Source of the DNA: Candidatus Thorarchaeota archaeon
GTDB taxonomy: Archaea > Asgardarchaeota > Thorarchaeia > Thorarchaeales > Thorarchaeaceae
NCBI GenBank assembly: GCA_046482545.1
Contig: JAWOEX010000021.1
Span: forward strand, 64,001 to 128,000
Direction of reading: 5' to 3'
Length of the DNA stretch: 64,000 bases
Shown: positions 7,605 to 17,229 of the stretch, in pieces
How the letters are laid out: every line of letters starts with the position of its first letter
Numbering within the stretch: position 1 is the first letter of the stretch
The notes under the pieces: generated by a model
What the model saw: the letters and a program-made list of their open reading frames with translations, nothing else
The model's database searches: none
Told to the model about the DNA's origin: nothing
Translations under genes and position numbers: made by a program

Positions 7605-7944
7605 CTTTGATCACCTTGAAACTACGCAATCATTAACAACAGATGTAATGATGCGCAATTAAGAGTTCCCTAGATGACCCTCACGAGAGAGCTAAGAATG
7701 GGAAAATGTTCTCCAATAATCTCCACGAAGTAGACAAGTTTTCCTAGCCTAAGGTTTTTAACTGACACAGACTTCACAAAATTGCGAAAGATCACTAGGT
7801 GAGACAAGGATGGATAGCCAAATCAGATAGGCATACAAGTTTACCTGATTCATTCAGCAACAATGCTGTCTCGCCGATGCACAAGACAAAGACCCACCTT
7901 TGTGCTTTCTTATTCAGAGAATACTATTCAGAGAGTAGACTATA

Positions 7945-10900
7945 ATGACCGAGTTGCCAAAACGATACTCCCCAGTCGAAGTCGAGCATGAGATACTTAA
8001 GTTCTGGAAGGAAAATGATATCTATCAGAAGACAGTAGATTACAGGAAATCTGGACCTCGCTGGAATTTCTTGGAAGGCCCACCCACTACAAACGGCTTC
8101 ATGCATGTAGGTCACGCTAGGGGACGCGCGATGAAAGACGCGCAGTTACGCTACATGACCATGAAAGGATACAATGTGTGGAGACGAGGGGGTTGGGACA
8201 TGCAAGGACTCCCTGTTGAACTCGAAGTAGAAAAGAACGAAGGCATTGCAGAAAAGGGAGAAATAGAATCTGCGATGGGTCTTGACCAGTTTGTTCAGAA
8301 ATGCAAAGACCTTGTAGATTACTATCTTGAGGGATGGGTGGAGGATTCCAGACGGTTAGGTCTTTGGCTCGATTACGAGAAAGCCTACAAGACGAGACGG
8401 GATGATTACATAGAGCATGTGTGGCATTTCCTGAAGCTTGCTAGTGAAGAGGGATTGCTGGGAAGAGGCTACAGAGTCAATCCGATATGCCCAAGATGTG
8501 TGACTGCGCTTTCCGGTCACGAGGTATCACAAGGCTATCAGACAAAAACAGACCCTTCGATATATGTCAAATTCAAAAGAAAGGGGACAGAAAACGAGTA
8601 CCTTGTGATATGGACAACTACTCCCTTTACCATCATATCAAACGAGATGGTATCTGTCCACCCAGAGTATGATTATGTAAAAGTGAAAGTAGATGACGAG
8701 TACTGGTGGCTCGTTGAAGATTTAATGGATACAGTTCTCGAAAAGGCAGGCATCAAAGATTTCGAAATAGTTGAGAAAATAGGGGGTGATGAAATGCTCG
8801 GGTGGAAATACGAGCATCCATTCGAAGACGAAGTCGAGTGGCACCAAAACCACAACGAGCAATACATGCATGCGGTTGTGACAGGCAGGCATGTTACCGT
8901 TGATGAAGGTACAGGGCTGGTTCATACTGCGCCTGGTTTTGGACCCGATGACTTCGACATAGGACAGGAATTTGGTGTACCTGTTTTTTGTCCAGTTACC
9001 AAACAGGGACGGTTTACTGACGAAGTTCCCATGTTCGAAGGGAAATACGTTTTCGATACAAATGATGTCGTTCCAGAGCAGCTGGATGAAAAAGGCCTAC
9101 TGCTTCATCAAGAGACCGTAGACCATGAATATCCTCATTGCTGGCGATGTGATACCCCCCTAATCTATCTAGCAGATAATACCCAGTGGTTCCTCAAGAT
9201 GAGGGGAGTACGAGAAAGACTTGTTGAAAAGAACCAAGAAATCGAGTGGACACCTGGATGGGCAGGCTCAGGACGTTTTGGCGATTGGGTGGCAAACGCT
9301 GATGACTGGTGCATATCGAGATCTAGAGTGTGGGGATCACCACTGCCAGTATGGGTTTGTGATGAATGTCAGGAAGAGTCGGTTATAGGTTCACGGAAAG
9401 AGTTGAGAGAAAAAGCAGTCGAATTTCCTGAGGAATTCGAAATGCATAGACCTTGGGTTGACAAAGTGTTGCTCGAATGTCCTGAGTGTGGAGGTGTCAT
9501 GCACCGAGAAAGCTTTGTCACCGACTGTTGGCTTGATTCAGGCATGGCTCATTCTGCTAGCGTGGATTATCTCAGTGATGAAACACTATTCCCTGAACTA
9601 TTCCCCTATGATTTTATCACCGAAGCTGTCGATCAATCAAGGGGCTGGTTCTACAGCCTCCTCTATACTGGAGTAGTAATGCATGGAGAAGCTCCATTCC
9701 AAGCTTGCGTAAGTCAGGGACATGTTCTCGATGAACACGGAGGAAAGATGAGCAAGTCAAAAGGAAATGTCGTATGGGCTGAAGATGCCTTCGAGAATGT
9801 TGGTGCAGATCCATTTAGGATTTTCATGCTAAGCAGGTCAGCACCTTGGACAAGAGTCAATTACAGCACGAAGGAAGTCAATCACGTAACAAAGCGACTT
9901 GATATTTTCTGGAATGTTTTCCTCTTTGCGGAGACGTACATGGACCTCGATGAGTTTGTATACAATGAGGAGCGTATGCTTTCTGGTCTTTCAAATGCCA
10001 AGCTGGAGGAGAAATGGCTTGTATCACGAGTTCAAAGTGTCCTTAGTGAGTTCCATGGATATATGAACGAATATCTCTATCATCATGCCTCTCGGGTGCT
10101 CCTTGATTTCATAACAGACGATTTGAGCAGGGTGTATTTACCACTAGTGAAGAGAAGAGTCTGGTTAGAAAGTGATAACCCTGAGAAGCTGATGACGTAC
10201 GATGTTCTGTTTTACACACTACAAACAATGCTGCATTGCATCAATATATTCACTCCCTATCTAGCCGAGAAACTGCATCAAGATTTCCTGATGAGGTTCT
10301 CTAAGAATCAGCCAGAGTCAATTAACATGACAGATATGCCAGAGGTTGATGAGTCCTATCTGGATCAAGAACTTGAAGCCACCTTTGATGTTTTAGAGGA
10401 GCTCCGTTCCGCGGCCAGTCACGCACGCAACAAGAGCGGAATAAAACTCAGGCACCCTGTGAAGAAGGTGATGTTTGTTCCTGCATCCGAAGATGCAGCG
10501 GAAAGAGCTAGAAATCTTCATGAGATACTCTTGGAGGATTTGAACACAAGAGAATTCGAAGTCATTGACCCAGAACAGGCATCCCAATTTGTTGAGCTAG
10601 AAGCAGACCCCAACTATGAGAGCCTTGGCCCCAAGTTCAAAGGAAAGACAGACGCAGTGGTAGCCGCTCTAACAGAAGCAGATGCTGCCAATCTGAAGAA
10701 GGAATTCGACAAGGGAACAGCCAGCCTAGAAGTAGATGGCGAGAAAGTTAAACTTGAATCTACTGATGTGACCTTCCGTGAGGAACTGGTTGGTAAGCTA
10801 AGCAGTTCAGATAGCAGAGTTGGAACAGTCTACGTGGATAACACACGAACGAAAGAACTTGAAGCTGAAGGTCTGGTCCGTGATGTGACTAGAAGAGTAC

Positions 10901-11142
10901 AGGTTATGAGAAAGGAAATGGATCTAGATGTGGAAGAGATGCTCAATCTTGCTCTCAAGTTTTCTGATGAAGAATCCATCGAGCTAACGAAGATATTCGC
11001 AGACTACCTAGCTACGGAGACTCGTGCCGAATCCATGGATCTCCTTGGACCCGATGATGAAACGGACTGGGACATCTTTGAGTATGTCAAGGAATGGGAC
11101 ATAGACGATCTTACGCTGAAGGTAGGTATGACTTCGAAGTAA
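7945..11142 (+). CDS. ileS: Isoleucyl-tRNA synthetase (archaeal/eukaryotic type)
   Basis: EGPPTTNG-HVGH, WTTTPF, GTGLVH, DWCISRSRVWG, DQSRGWF, KMSKS. Confidence 0.97.
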   Translation: MTELPKRYSPVEVEHEILKFWKENDIYQKTVDYRKSGPRWNFLEGPPTTNGFMHVGHARGRAMKDAQLRYMTMKGYNVWRRGGWDMQGLPVELEVEKNEGIAEKGEIESAMGLDQFVQKCKDLVDYYLEGWVEDSRRLGLWLDYEKAYKTRRDDYIEHVWHFLKLASEEGLLGRGYRVNPICPRCVTALSGHEVSQGYQTKTDPSIYVKFKRKGTENEYLVIWTTTPFTIISNEMVSVHPEYDYVKVKVDDEYWWLVEDLMDTVLEKAGIKDFEIVEKIGGDEMLGWKYEHPFEDEVEWHQNHNEQYMHAVVTGRHVTVDEGTGLVHTAPGFGPDDFDIGQEFGVPVFCPVTKQGRFTDEVPMFEGKYVFDTNDVVPEQLDEKGLLLHQETVDHEYPHCWRCDTPLIYLADNTQWFLKMRGVRERLVEKNQEIEWTPGWAGSGRFGDWVANADDWCISRSRVWGSPLPVWVCDECQEESVIGSRKELREKAVEFPEEFEMHRPWVDKVLLECPECGGVMHRESFVTDCWLDSGMAHSASVDYLSDETLFPELFPYDFITEAVDQSRGWFYSLLYTGVVMHGEAPFQACVSQGHVLDEHGGKMSKSKGNVVWAEDAFENVGADPFRIFMLSRSAPWTRVNYSTKEVNHVTKRLDIFWNVFLFAETYMDLDEFVYNEERMLSGLSNAKLEEKWLVSRVQSVLSEFHGYMNEYLYHHASRVLLDFITDDLSRVYLPLVKRRVWLESDNPEKLMTYDVLFYTLQTMLHCINIFTPYLAEKLHQDFLMRFSKNQPESINMTDMPEVDESYLDQELEATFDVLEELRSAASHARNKSGIKLRHPVKKVMFVPASEDAAERARNLHEILLEDLNTREFEVIDPEQASQFVELEADPNYESLGPKFKGKTDAVVAALTEADAANLKKEFDKGTASLEVDGEKVKLESTDVTFREELVGKLSSSDSRVGTVYVDNTRTKELEAEGLVRDVTRRVQVMRKEMDLDVEEMLNLALKFSDEESIELTKIFADYLATETRAESMDLLGPDDETDWDIFEYVKEWDIDDLTLKVGMTSK

Positions 11143-11162
11143 TATCGAATCGACAAAGCATA

Positions 11163-12485
11163 CTATGAGAGAACATCAATGAGCTCATAGAAGAACTCGG
11201 CATTCTCTTCAATGGATGGCAATAACACCCATTCATTTGCTCCATGTAGGTTATCACCTATCGGACCAAAATCGAACACTTGGGTATTCTTTTCTGCAAA
11301 ATAACGCGAATCAGAAGCGCCTCCACCTTCAATCAAGCGTATCCTAATTCCGACACGATCAAGAGCTTTTCGAGCTGCTTTGATTAGTTGCGAGTTTGGA
11401 TCAGAATCAACATAGCCTTGGCCAGCACCAACCGTGAGAGATGCCACTTCAGCTTTTCCCCTCAGGGCTTCTTGGAATGCATGCTTCACACTCTTTGAGT
11501 CGTTAGTCATAGCCCGCACATCCAAGTAGAGATCCCATTCATCATCCTTCAATTCAAGCAGATTTGGTGAAACAACCTTCCCCATATCGGAATGTTCAGT
11601 TGAAAAGGCAGCTTGAGCCACCGGCAATGCCGCTCGGAGCAAGTCAGTGAGCCCCTGATCGTATTCAACAGTCTCGCCCGATTCATTAGCGTGTACTATC
11701 TTCAGCTCTATCCAGTCCGGAATCACATTTGATTTGACAAACGCACCATCTATCTCAACTACTCCTGCGAATGGGTTCAAATCGAGATATTTTGACGCAG
11801 CGAGCAAAGCATGTCTATCCACGCCTGGTCGCTGGTAAGCTGAATGTCGGGTGTCGCTGCCGAAGAGGTCAGTCCGGAATCGCTTTGTCTCAATCTCGCC
11901 TCGTATCTCAGAGGTCTCGCTCTGTACCTTGACGTGAGTCGGCAAAGCATTGCGTCTTCGGTGAATGATTACCTGCCCAATACCATCTGCGACCACAACA
12001 TAATCCGGCAGGAGATCATGTGCTTCCAGATACTTTCTGAGATTGCCAGCGCCATGAGCGCCACCAATTTCCTCATCGCCAGTAGCCGCCAGCATAATGG
12101 TCATAGACGGATTGACATTTTTTAGCTTCTCTGCCAGAAGAAGCATTGATACGATATTGCCCTTGTCATCGCACGTTCCGCGTCCATACGCACGATTGTC
12201 CTTAAGTACAAGCTCGAAAGGGTCGGTTTTCCAACCTTCTCCTGCCGGAACGGTGTCAAAGTGAGCTAGAAAAAGTAGCTTCGTGTCCCCATCACCTTTT
12301 CGTCCAAAGGCACTCCAGTATCCTTCCGATTCTAGAATCTCCGTTTCAAATCCAAATTCTTGGATTGTGTTGGTTATGTAGTTGGGACATGCGGATGTGG
12401 CTTTCTTTCCCTTGTCTCTGTCAGAAACTGTGTTAATTTCAACAAGTGTCTTCAGCTCGGATAATGAATCGAGAACCATAAGCAA
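11163..12485 (-). CDS. M20/ArgE-DapE family metallopeptidase/deacylase
   Basis: AHFDTVP, GRGTCDDKG, DEEIGG, GGASDSR, HGANE. Confidence 0.9.
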   Translation of the reverse strand: MLMVLDSLSELKTLVEINTVSDRDKGKKATSACPNYITNTIQEFGFETEILESEGYWSAFGRKGDGDTKLLFLAHFDTVPAGEGWKTDPFELVLKDNRAYGRGTCDDKGNIVSMLLLAEKLKNVNPSMTIMLAATGDEEIGGAHGAGNLRKYLEAHDLLPDYVVVADGIGQVIIHRRRNALPTHVKVQSETSEIRGEIETKRFRTDLFGSDTRHSAYQRPGVDRHALLAASKYLDLNPFAGVVEIDGAFVKSNVIPDWIELKIVHANESGETVEYDQGLTDLLRAALPVAQAAFSTEHSDMGKVVSPNLLELKDDEWDLYLDVRAMTNDSKSVKHAFQEALRGKAEVASLTVGAGQGYVDSDPNSQLIKAARKALDRVGIRIRLIEGGGASDSRYFAEKNTQVFDFGPIGDNLHGANEWVLLPSIEENAEFFYELIDVLS

Positions 12486-12545
12486 TCATGATATTGTTGA
12501 CACGGTGTATGAAAAGTTATTCCAAATGCAAAAAGAGGATAGCTG

Positions 12546-12566
12546 GAGCGCAGACTGACCGCGCTC
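12546..12566 (-). terminator. Hairpin immediately downstream of the EF-2 paralog
   Basis: GAGCGC...GCGCTC inverted repeat followed on the minus strand by a T run (AAAAA at ~12530 on +). Confidence 0.4.
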
Positions 12567-12585
12567 TTGCATTCCCTACAGGAGA

Positions 12586-14805
12586 CTAACCTGTACGTTT
12601 GTAGATGTACCTGCTCCAGGCACCCAAGTTGGGTAATTCTTTTGGCATTCCTTTGCGCTCACGAATTTCCAGAATCTTCTCCTCTTGCATGTTACTTGGC
12701 AATGGCTCGAAGCCTTTGAACTCATATCCAAAGAAGCTCTTGCCGGCAGTAGCGCTACGGAACTCATCAGCTATGCCGATTGTCTCAGCTGTGGGCAAGG
12801 TGCCCTTTACTGTGACAGCGTCTTCCTCGCCTTCTATTGTGATTATCTGACCCCGATGCGAGGTGAGTACCTTGATAACACCGCCCTGTGTCTCAGGGGG
12901 GGTCTTGATGTCAACATTAAGGATAGGCTCATACAAACCCGGTCGCCCGGTCAGGAATCCCATGTTGAGACCAGCACGTGTCATAGTAGCTATCTCGCTG
13001 TATCCTGTGTGGGCGGGATCGGTATGGACAGTAGCATCTGTCAGCACAACCTTTGCCCCCATAACAGGTTCATTCGCAAGGGGTCCAGAATCTACAAACT
13101 CGCGGAATGAACCTGTGACGTATGGTTCAATCCGATCGAACCTCTGTACACCCTTCATGCCATCAACTAGCATACAGTTTTCGTAGATATCAATAATTTT
13201 TCTGGCGACTTTAGGATCCCAGTCTGCTTCATCCCGTAGAATTCTGGCACGTTCCTTTTCGTCCATATCTGCAGTGATTTTCTTCTTGCGAATCAATTCA
13301 ACTGTTTCTTCGTTCATGGGTTCGAGATGCATTTCCAAGCGGTTGTGACCATTTGGTGACTTGGTGAAGAACTCATCTCCCCGCTCAGTCATTTTCTCAC
13401 GATACACAATAATTGGTTCTGAGACAATGATTGGTACCTGCTCATTGATACGACGGGTGAGAATTTCAATCTGAAGGGGATCAATCCCATCAAGCCTATA
13501 CTCTCCGGATTCCTCGTCATGGAAGAATCGGGCAGTGGGATCTGCCATAATCCATTTCTTGACAACATCACCAAGCTTGGCAATATCCTGAGGATCCTTG
13601 GGTTTGATGCTTCGACTTACAACTGGTTCACTTACATATTCGATAGCTTCGAAGCCTTTCATATCTGAACCGGCATCAACGAAACTCTCACCTGATGGAC
13701 AGATGAAACCGAATATCGAGAATAGATTTCCAGCTGGTATCTCTTCCATGGGCAGGATGTCTGTAATCTCTTGAACACCTAGACGCTTTACCCTCGCTCG
13801 CTTCTTCATGTTGATTAGCTTAATATCTTGTCCAGCTTTAAGAGTACCTGAGAAAACTCGACCGATAAGTGTTGGTCTCTTGCTTTTCGGATCGACATAT
13901 ATCTTTGTAATCATACCCAGCAGGGGACCGTTTCGGTCACATTCAAGTAGTGATTTGCCTTCAGGACTTTCGGGGTCTCCCTTCCAAATTCTTGGAATCT
14001 TGAATTTCTGGGCTTCCTTCGGGTTGGGAAGGTGTTTAACCATCATTTCAAGAAGGGCATCATCAAGCGGAAGGTTTTCTCTGAGCCATCGCTCATCACC
14101 GTCACTGTATTTCTCGAAGACTATATCGGGCTTTATTTCCTTGTCCTTTAGAGTCTCCATAGTGAATGCCCATCCAGTCTTGGCACTCCCAATAGCAACA
14201 CTTCCGTCCTCGAAAGAAACTCGCCAGTCAAATTCCGGAGGTGAATATTTCTTAATTAACTCGTTGACCTTTGCTACAATGATATCGATTCGCTCATAGA
14301 CTTTCTTGGGAGGTAGCTTGAGTTCGTTGATTAAACGGTCAACTTTGTTAACATACAGAACTGGCTTGCATCCCTCACCACCAACTGCGAGACGGATGTT
14401 AGTCTCAGTCTGTGTCATTACTCCTTCTAGAGCATCAACCAAGATGACTACACCATCACTGGCACGAAGGGCACGTGAAACCTCACCCGTGAATGAGAGG
14501 TGTCCTGGAGTGTCCGAAAGTTGAACAAGATACTCCTCACCCTCTATCTCGAAGTTGAGCAACACGACTGAGGTGAAAATGGTTATACCACGTTCCTGTT
14601 CTTCCTCGTCGCTGTCCGTCATTAACGCTTCGCCGGCAGATGCGTCGCTCATAAGACCTGCTCGACGCATAAGATAATCCGTAGTTGTCGTTTTTCCGTG
14701 GTCTATGTGTGCACTTATCGAAATAATCCGTTTATGTTTGTAATCATCTGACTTGATGAGCCTTCTAATGGCATCTGGCTCCTTGATTTTGACCAATATA
14801 ATCAC
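12586..14805 (-). CDS. fusA: Translation elongation factor 2, probably the Asgard paralog aEF-2p
   Basis: AHIDHGKTT, ERGITI, DTPGH, NKVD; domain IV SPNGHN; diphthamide loop reads HTDPAHTG rather than HRG; not located in the ribosomal (str) operon. Confidence 0.9.
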   Translation of the reverse strand: MIILVKIKEPDAIRRLIKSDDYKHKRIISISAHIDHGKTTTTDYLMRRAGLMSDASAGEALMTDSDEEEQERGITIFTSVVLLNFEIEGEEYLVQLSDTPGHLSFTGEVSRALRASDGVVILVDALEGVMTQTETNIRLAVGGEGCKPVLYVNKVDRLINELKLPPKKVYERIDIIVAKVNELIKKYSPPEFDWRVSFEDGSVAIGSAKTGWAFTMETLKDKEIKPDIVFEKYSDGDERWLRENLPLDDALLEMMVKHLPNPKEAQKFKIPRIWKGDPESPEGKSLLECDRNGPLLGMITKIYVDPKSKRPTLIGRVFSGTLKAGQDIKLINMKKRARVKRLGVQEITDILPMEEIPAGNLFSIFGFICPSGESFVDAGSDMKGFEAIEYVSEPVVSRSIKPKDPQDIAKLGDVVKKWIMADPTARFFHDEESGEYRLDGIDPLQIEILTRRINEQVPIIVSEPIIVYREKMTERGDEFFTKSPNGHNRLEMHLEPMNEETVELIRKKKITADMDEKERARILRDEADWDPKVARKIIDIYENCMLVDGMKGVQRFDRIEPYVTGSFREFVDSGPLANEPVMGAKVVLTDATVHTDPAHTGYSEIATMTRAGLNMGFLTGRPGLYEPILNVDIKTPPETQGGVIKVLTSHRGQIITIEGEEDAVTVKGTLPTAETIGIADEFRSATAGKSFFGYEFKGFEPLPSNMQEEKILEIRERKGMPKELPNLGAWSRYIYKRTG

Positions 14806-14946
14806 CCGGTAATTTTGATATCATTTTCCCAACTGCTGAAGTTTATCCATACGAGAAAACTCTGTTGGGATGGCTCCGGCGGTGTCACCGGCAGCGTAAG
14901 AGGTCACGACATTGCTGGTCTTAAAAGATTATCGTCAAGGCAGCTA

Positions 14947-15726
14947 CTATTTGCTGGCTACCACAACAATTCGTTCGGAACTTGCGCTATAAGGCATCTT
15001 TGGCATCTTATTCGAACCATAGAGCTCAGTTTTCTTGAATCCAATATCCTCAAGCATTGTTTTGATTTCAAGTGCGCTGTAGATGCGGACATTATTGTTC
15101 GCCAAGGCATCCTGATTCATCGATATGAGTCGGTTTCCTTCAATATCAATGAATGTTGCTGGCTTTCCTCTCAGCACACTTGAAGCTGCATCAAGGGTGT
15201 GCGGCCGACTGAGGAGATATCCGCCATCGAGTTCGGTCCAAGTCTGTTGGAAATCTGGTAGGTTATATGGGTTGAGCAAATCGAGAAGCAAGTGTCCATC
15301 TTCAACAAGTCCATCGAAGGATCCTTGCAATACCCGTTTGTTCTCTCCATGATCGAAGAAGCCGAAACTGTGGCTTAGCAGTACTGCAGCATCAAACTCA
15401 TCTTCGAATTCCATTTCACGCATATCACCAACATGGAAATCGACTTTTACGGCTTGCTGTTTTGCACTCTCCTCGGCGACTGAGATTAGAGTCTCTGAAA
15501 GGTCAAATGCAGAGACTTCCAAGTTTCTCTTTGCGAACTTAATGGCATGATTTCCAGCACCGCAGGCTATATCAAGAACTCTGTTACCTTCTTGCAAATC
15601 CATAACTTCAATGCAGAACTCGGCCAGCATCTCATCATATTTTTCGATACCCTGAATAGAATTCCTGTGTTTCACACGGAAGATTTCCGCCCAAAATTCG
15701 TCCCAGCCAAGCTCTATGTGTTCCAT
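14947..15726 (-). CDS. Class I SAM-dependent methyltransferase
   Basis: VLDIACGAGNHA, FDLS, GDMR..F.DEFD, SFGFF; start at MEHIEL. Confidence 0.9.
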   Translation of the reverse strand: MEHIELGWDEFWAEIFRVKHRNSIQGIEKYDEMLAEFCIEVMDLQEGNRVLDIACGAGNHAIKFAKRNLEVSAFDLSETLISVAEESAKQQAVKVDFHVGDMREMEFEDEFDAAVLLSHSFGFFDHGENKRVLQGSFDGLVEDGHLLLDLLNPYNLPDFQQTWTELDGGYLLSRPHTLDAASSVLRGKPATFIDIEGNRLISMNQDALANNNVRIYSALEIKTMLEDIGFKKTELYGSNKMPKMPYSASSERIVVVASK

Positions 15727-15937
15727 AGGAGTCAACCGACATAGATTGTGCCTGCCAGAGAAATATGAAGCTTTGCATGAAAACAATCCTATGTAAAAAG
15801 TCAATCAAGAGGCAAAAAGCAGGAATACTCTAATTTCTGAAATGCCGAATTCAGAAATCATTATTCCTTCTTATGACAACACATATTCGTAGCCACAGAC
15901 TCATCACACAGGTCTCATGAAAACAGTCAGAAGAATT

Positions 15938-16037
15938 TGGTGGAGATCTCCCGTACCTGTTGCTCTTCGCCGGGAGGGACGTAGATATACCAACAGGAGA
16001 CTTGTCAATTAGCCTCTTTGTACGGGATTATTTCTCC
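15938..16037 (-). ncRNA. Putative 100-nt three-way-junction RNA with tRNA-like 3'-ACCA
   Basis: Helices GGAGA/UCUCC-ACCA, UCCCGUA/UACGGGA, AGGCU/AGUCU and CCUGUUG/CAACAGG; TTTATA box 24-29 nt upstream (16061-16066). Confidence 0.6.
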
Positions 16038-16211
16038 AGTTACGTATAACCAATAAGACCTATAAACCTATAGATTTTCGCTAAATTGATAGAAATATTC
16101 TAACAATATTTGTTTTTTTATGGGTTTTCTTCTTGTATATATTAGGAAATATACTATTTGATTTACAAAGCCAATCTGAGTCCGATAAAGTTGATAGCAG
16201 AGAGAAAGAAA

Positions 16212-16287
16212 TGGTAGCCCCGCCAGGATTCGAACCTAGGTCAGCGGGACCAGAACCCGCCATGCTGGACCACTACACCACGGGGCT
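16212..16287 (-). tRNA. tRNA-Gln(CUG), CCA genomically encoded
   Basis: AGCCCCG..CGGGGCU-ACCA acceptor with the A1-U72 pair typical of archaeal tRNA-Gln; anticodon arm GCGGG-UUCUGGU-CCCGC; GGUUCGAAU T-loop; 76 nt. Confidence 0.97.
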
Positions 16288-16486
16288 ATGCTCAGTGACT
16301 CCTGAAAGCAGCCAAAATCCTGCTTCAATACCGTGCCACCATTAGAGACAATATTACCTTTTCGTTTAGGTGTGTGTCATATTAGGAAGTTCTGACCAGT
16401 TTCCTGTGGGATATCAGGATTTTCTGAGAATAAGAAAAAGGCCTTAGGGGATAACTCATTAATCCGTCTACAGCTCCCGAATTTGA

Positions 16487-17227
16487 ATGGCCATGCCTCT
16501 TTGGAGTGAGCTCACATACAATCAATTCATCAAAGCAAGTAAGAACACCGAAACAGCTATTCTCATTACCGGGGCGGTTGAAACACATGGGACCCATCTT
16601 CCCCTTGGAACCGACTGCATACTTCCATCATACCTTGCTGAGAAGGTTGCTAAAAAGACAGATGCACTTGTTCTCCCGACCATACCTTTCGGAGATAGCT
16701 GGTCTTTCCTACCTTTCAAGGGTACAATTTCAATCCAGCCAGATAACCTGACTAGATTTTATCAAGATATTATGTCTTCAGTTTTTGATGCTGGATTCAG
16801 GTTCATCATTGCGCTTAATGGCCATGGTGGTAATTATTCATCACTTCAACAGGCAGCAAAAAAGGCAACAGAAAAAGGAGCGCACTCTGTCATCATTGTA
16901 AATTGGTGGCGAGACCTGGGGGAGGATACACGCAATGAAGTGCTTGAGACTGAAATTGGTCATGCGGCTGAAGACGAAACGTCTGAAGTAATGGCTGTCC
17001 GTCCTGAGCTGGTAAGTATTGGTTCGGCAGTTTCTGGACGGGTGAAGTCAAAATTCAGAATTGTTTCAGCCATACATAGGGATGATCTTTTTCCAAACGG
17101 AATGCACGGTGAACCCAAGAAGGCGACTTCTGAAAAGGGTAGAAGGATACTAGAAGCAGCCGAAAAAGAACTCATCGAGCTGGTCGGTGAACTGGAACAG
17201 GGCAGATTTCCGATTGATAGAACCTGA
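16487..17227 (+). CDS. Creatininase family amidohydrolase
   Basis: GAVETHGTHLPLGTD, NGHGGN, HAAEDETS, ATSEKG. Confidence 0.92.
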   Translation: MAMPLWSELTYNQFIKASKNTETAILITGAVETHGTHLPLGTDCILPSYLAEKVAKKTDALVLPTIPFGDSWSFLPFKGTISIQPDNLTRFYQDIMSSVFDAGFRFIIALNGHGGNYSSLQQAAKKATEKGAHSVIIVNWWRDLGEDTRNEVLETEIGHAAEDETSEVMAVRPELVSIGSAVSGRVKSKFRIVSAIHRDDLFPNGMHGEPKKATSEKGRRILEAAEKELIELVGELEQGRFPIDRT

Positions 17228-17229
17228 TC

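Noticed and set aside
16081-16170. AT-rich tract after tRNA-Gln as an integration scar
   Set aside because: No integrase and no duplicated tRNA-Gln 3' end in the window.
16081-16345. ORFs 16081..16263 and 16133..16345
   Set aside because: They are translations of the tRNA-Gln gene and its AT-rich flank.
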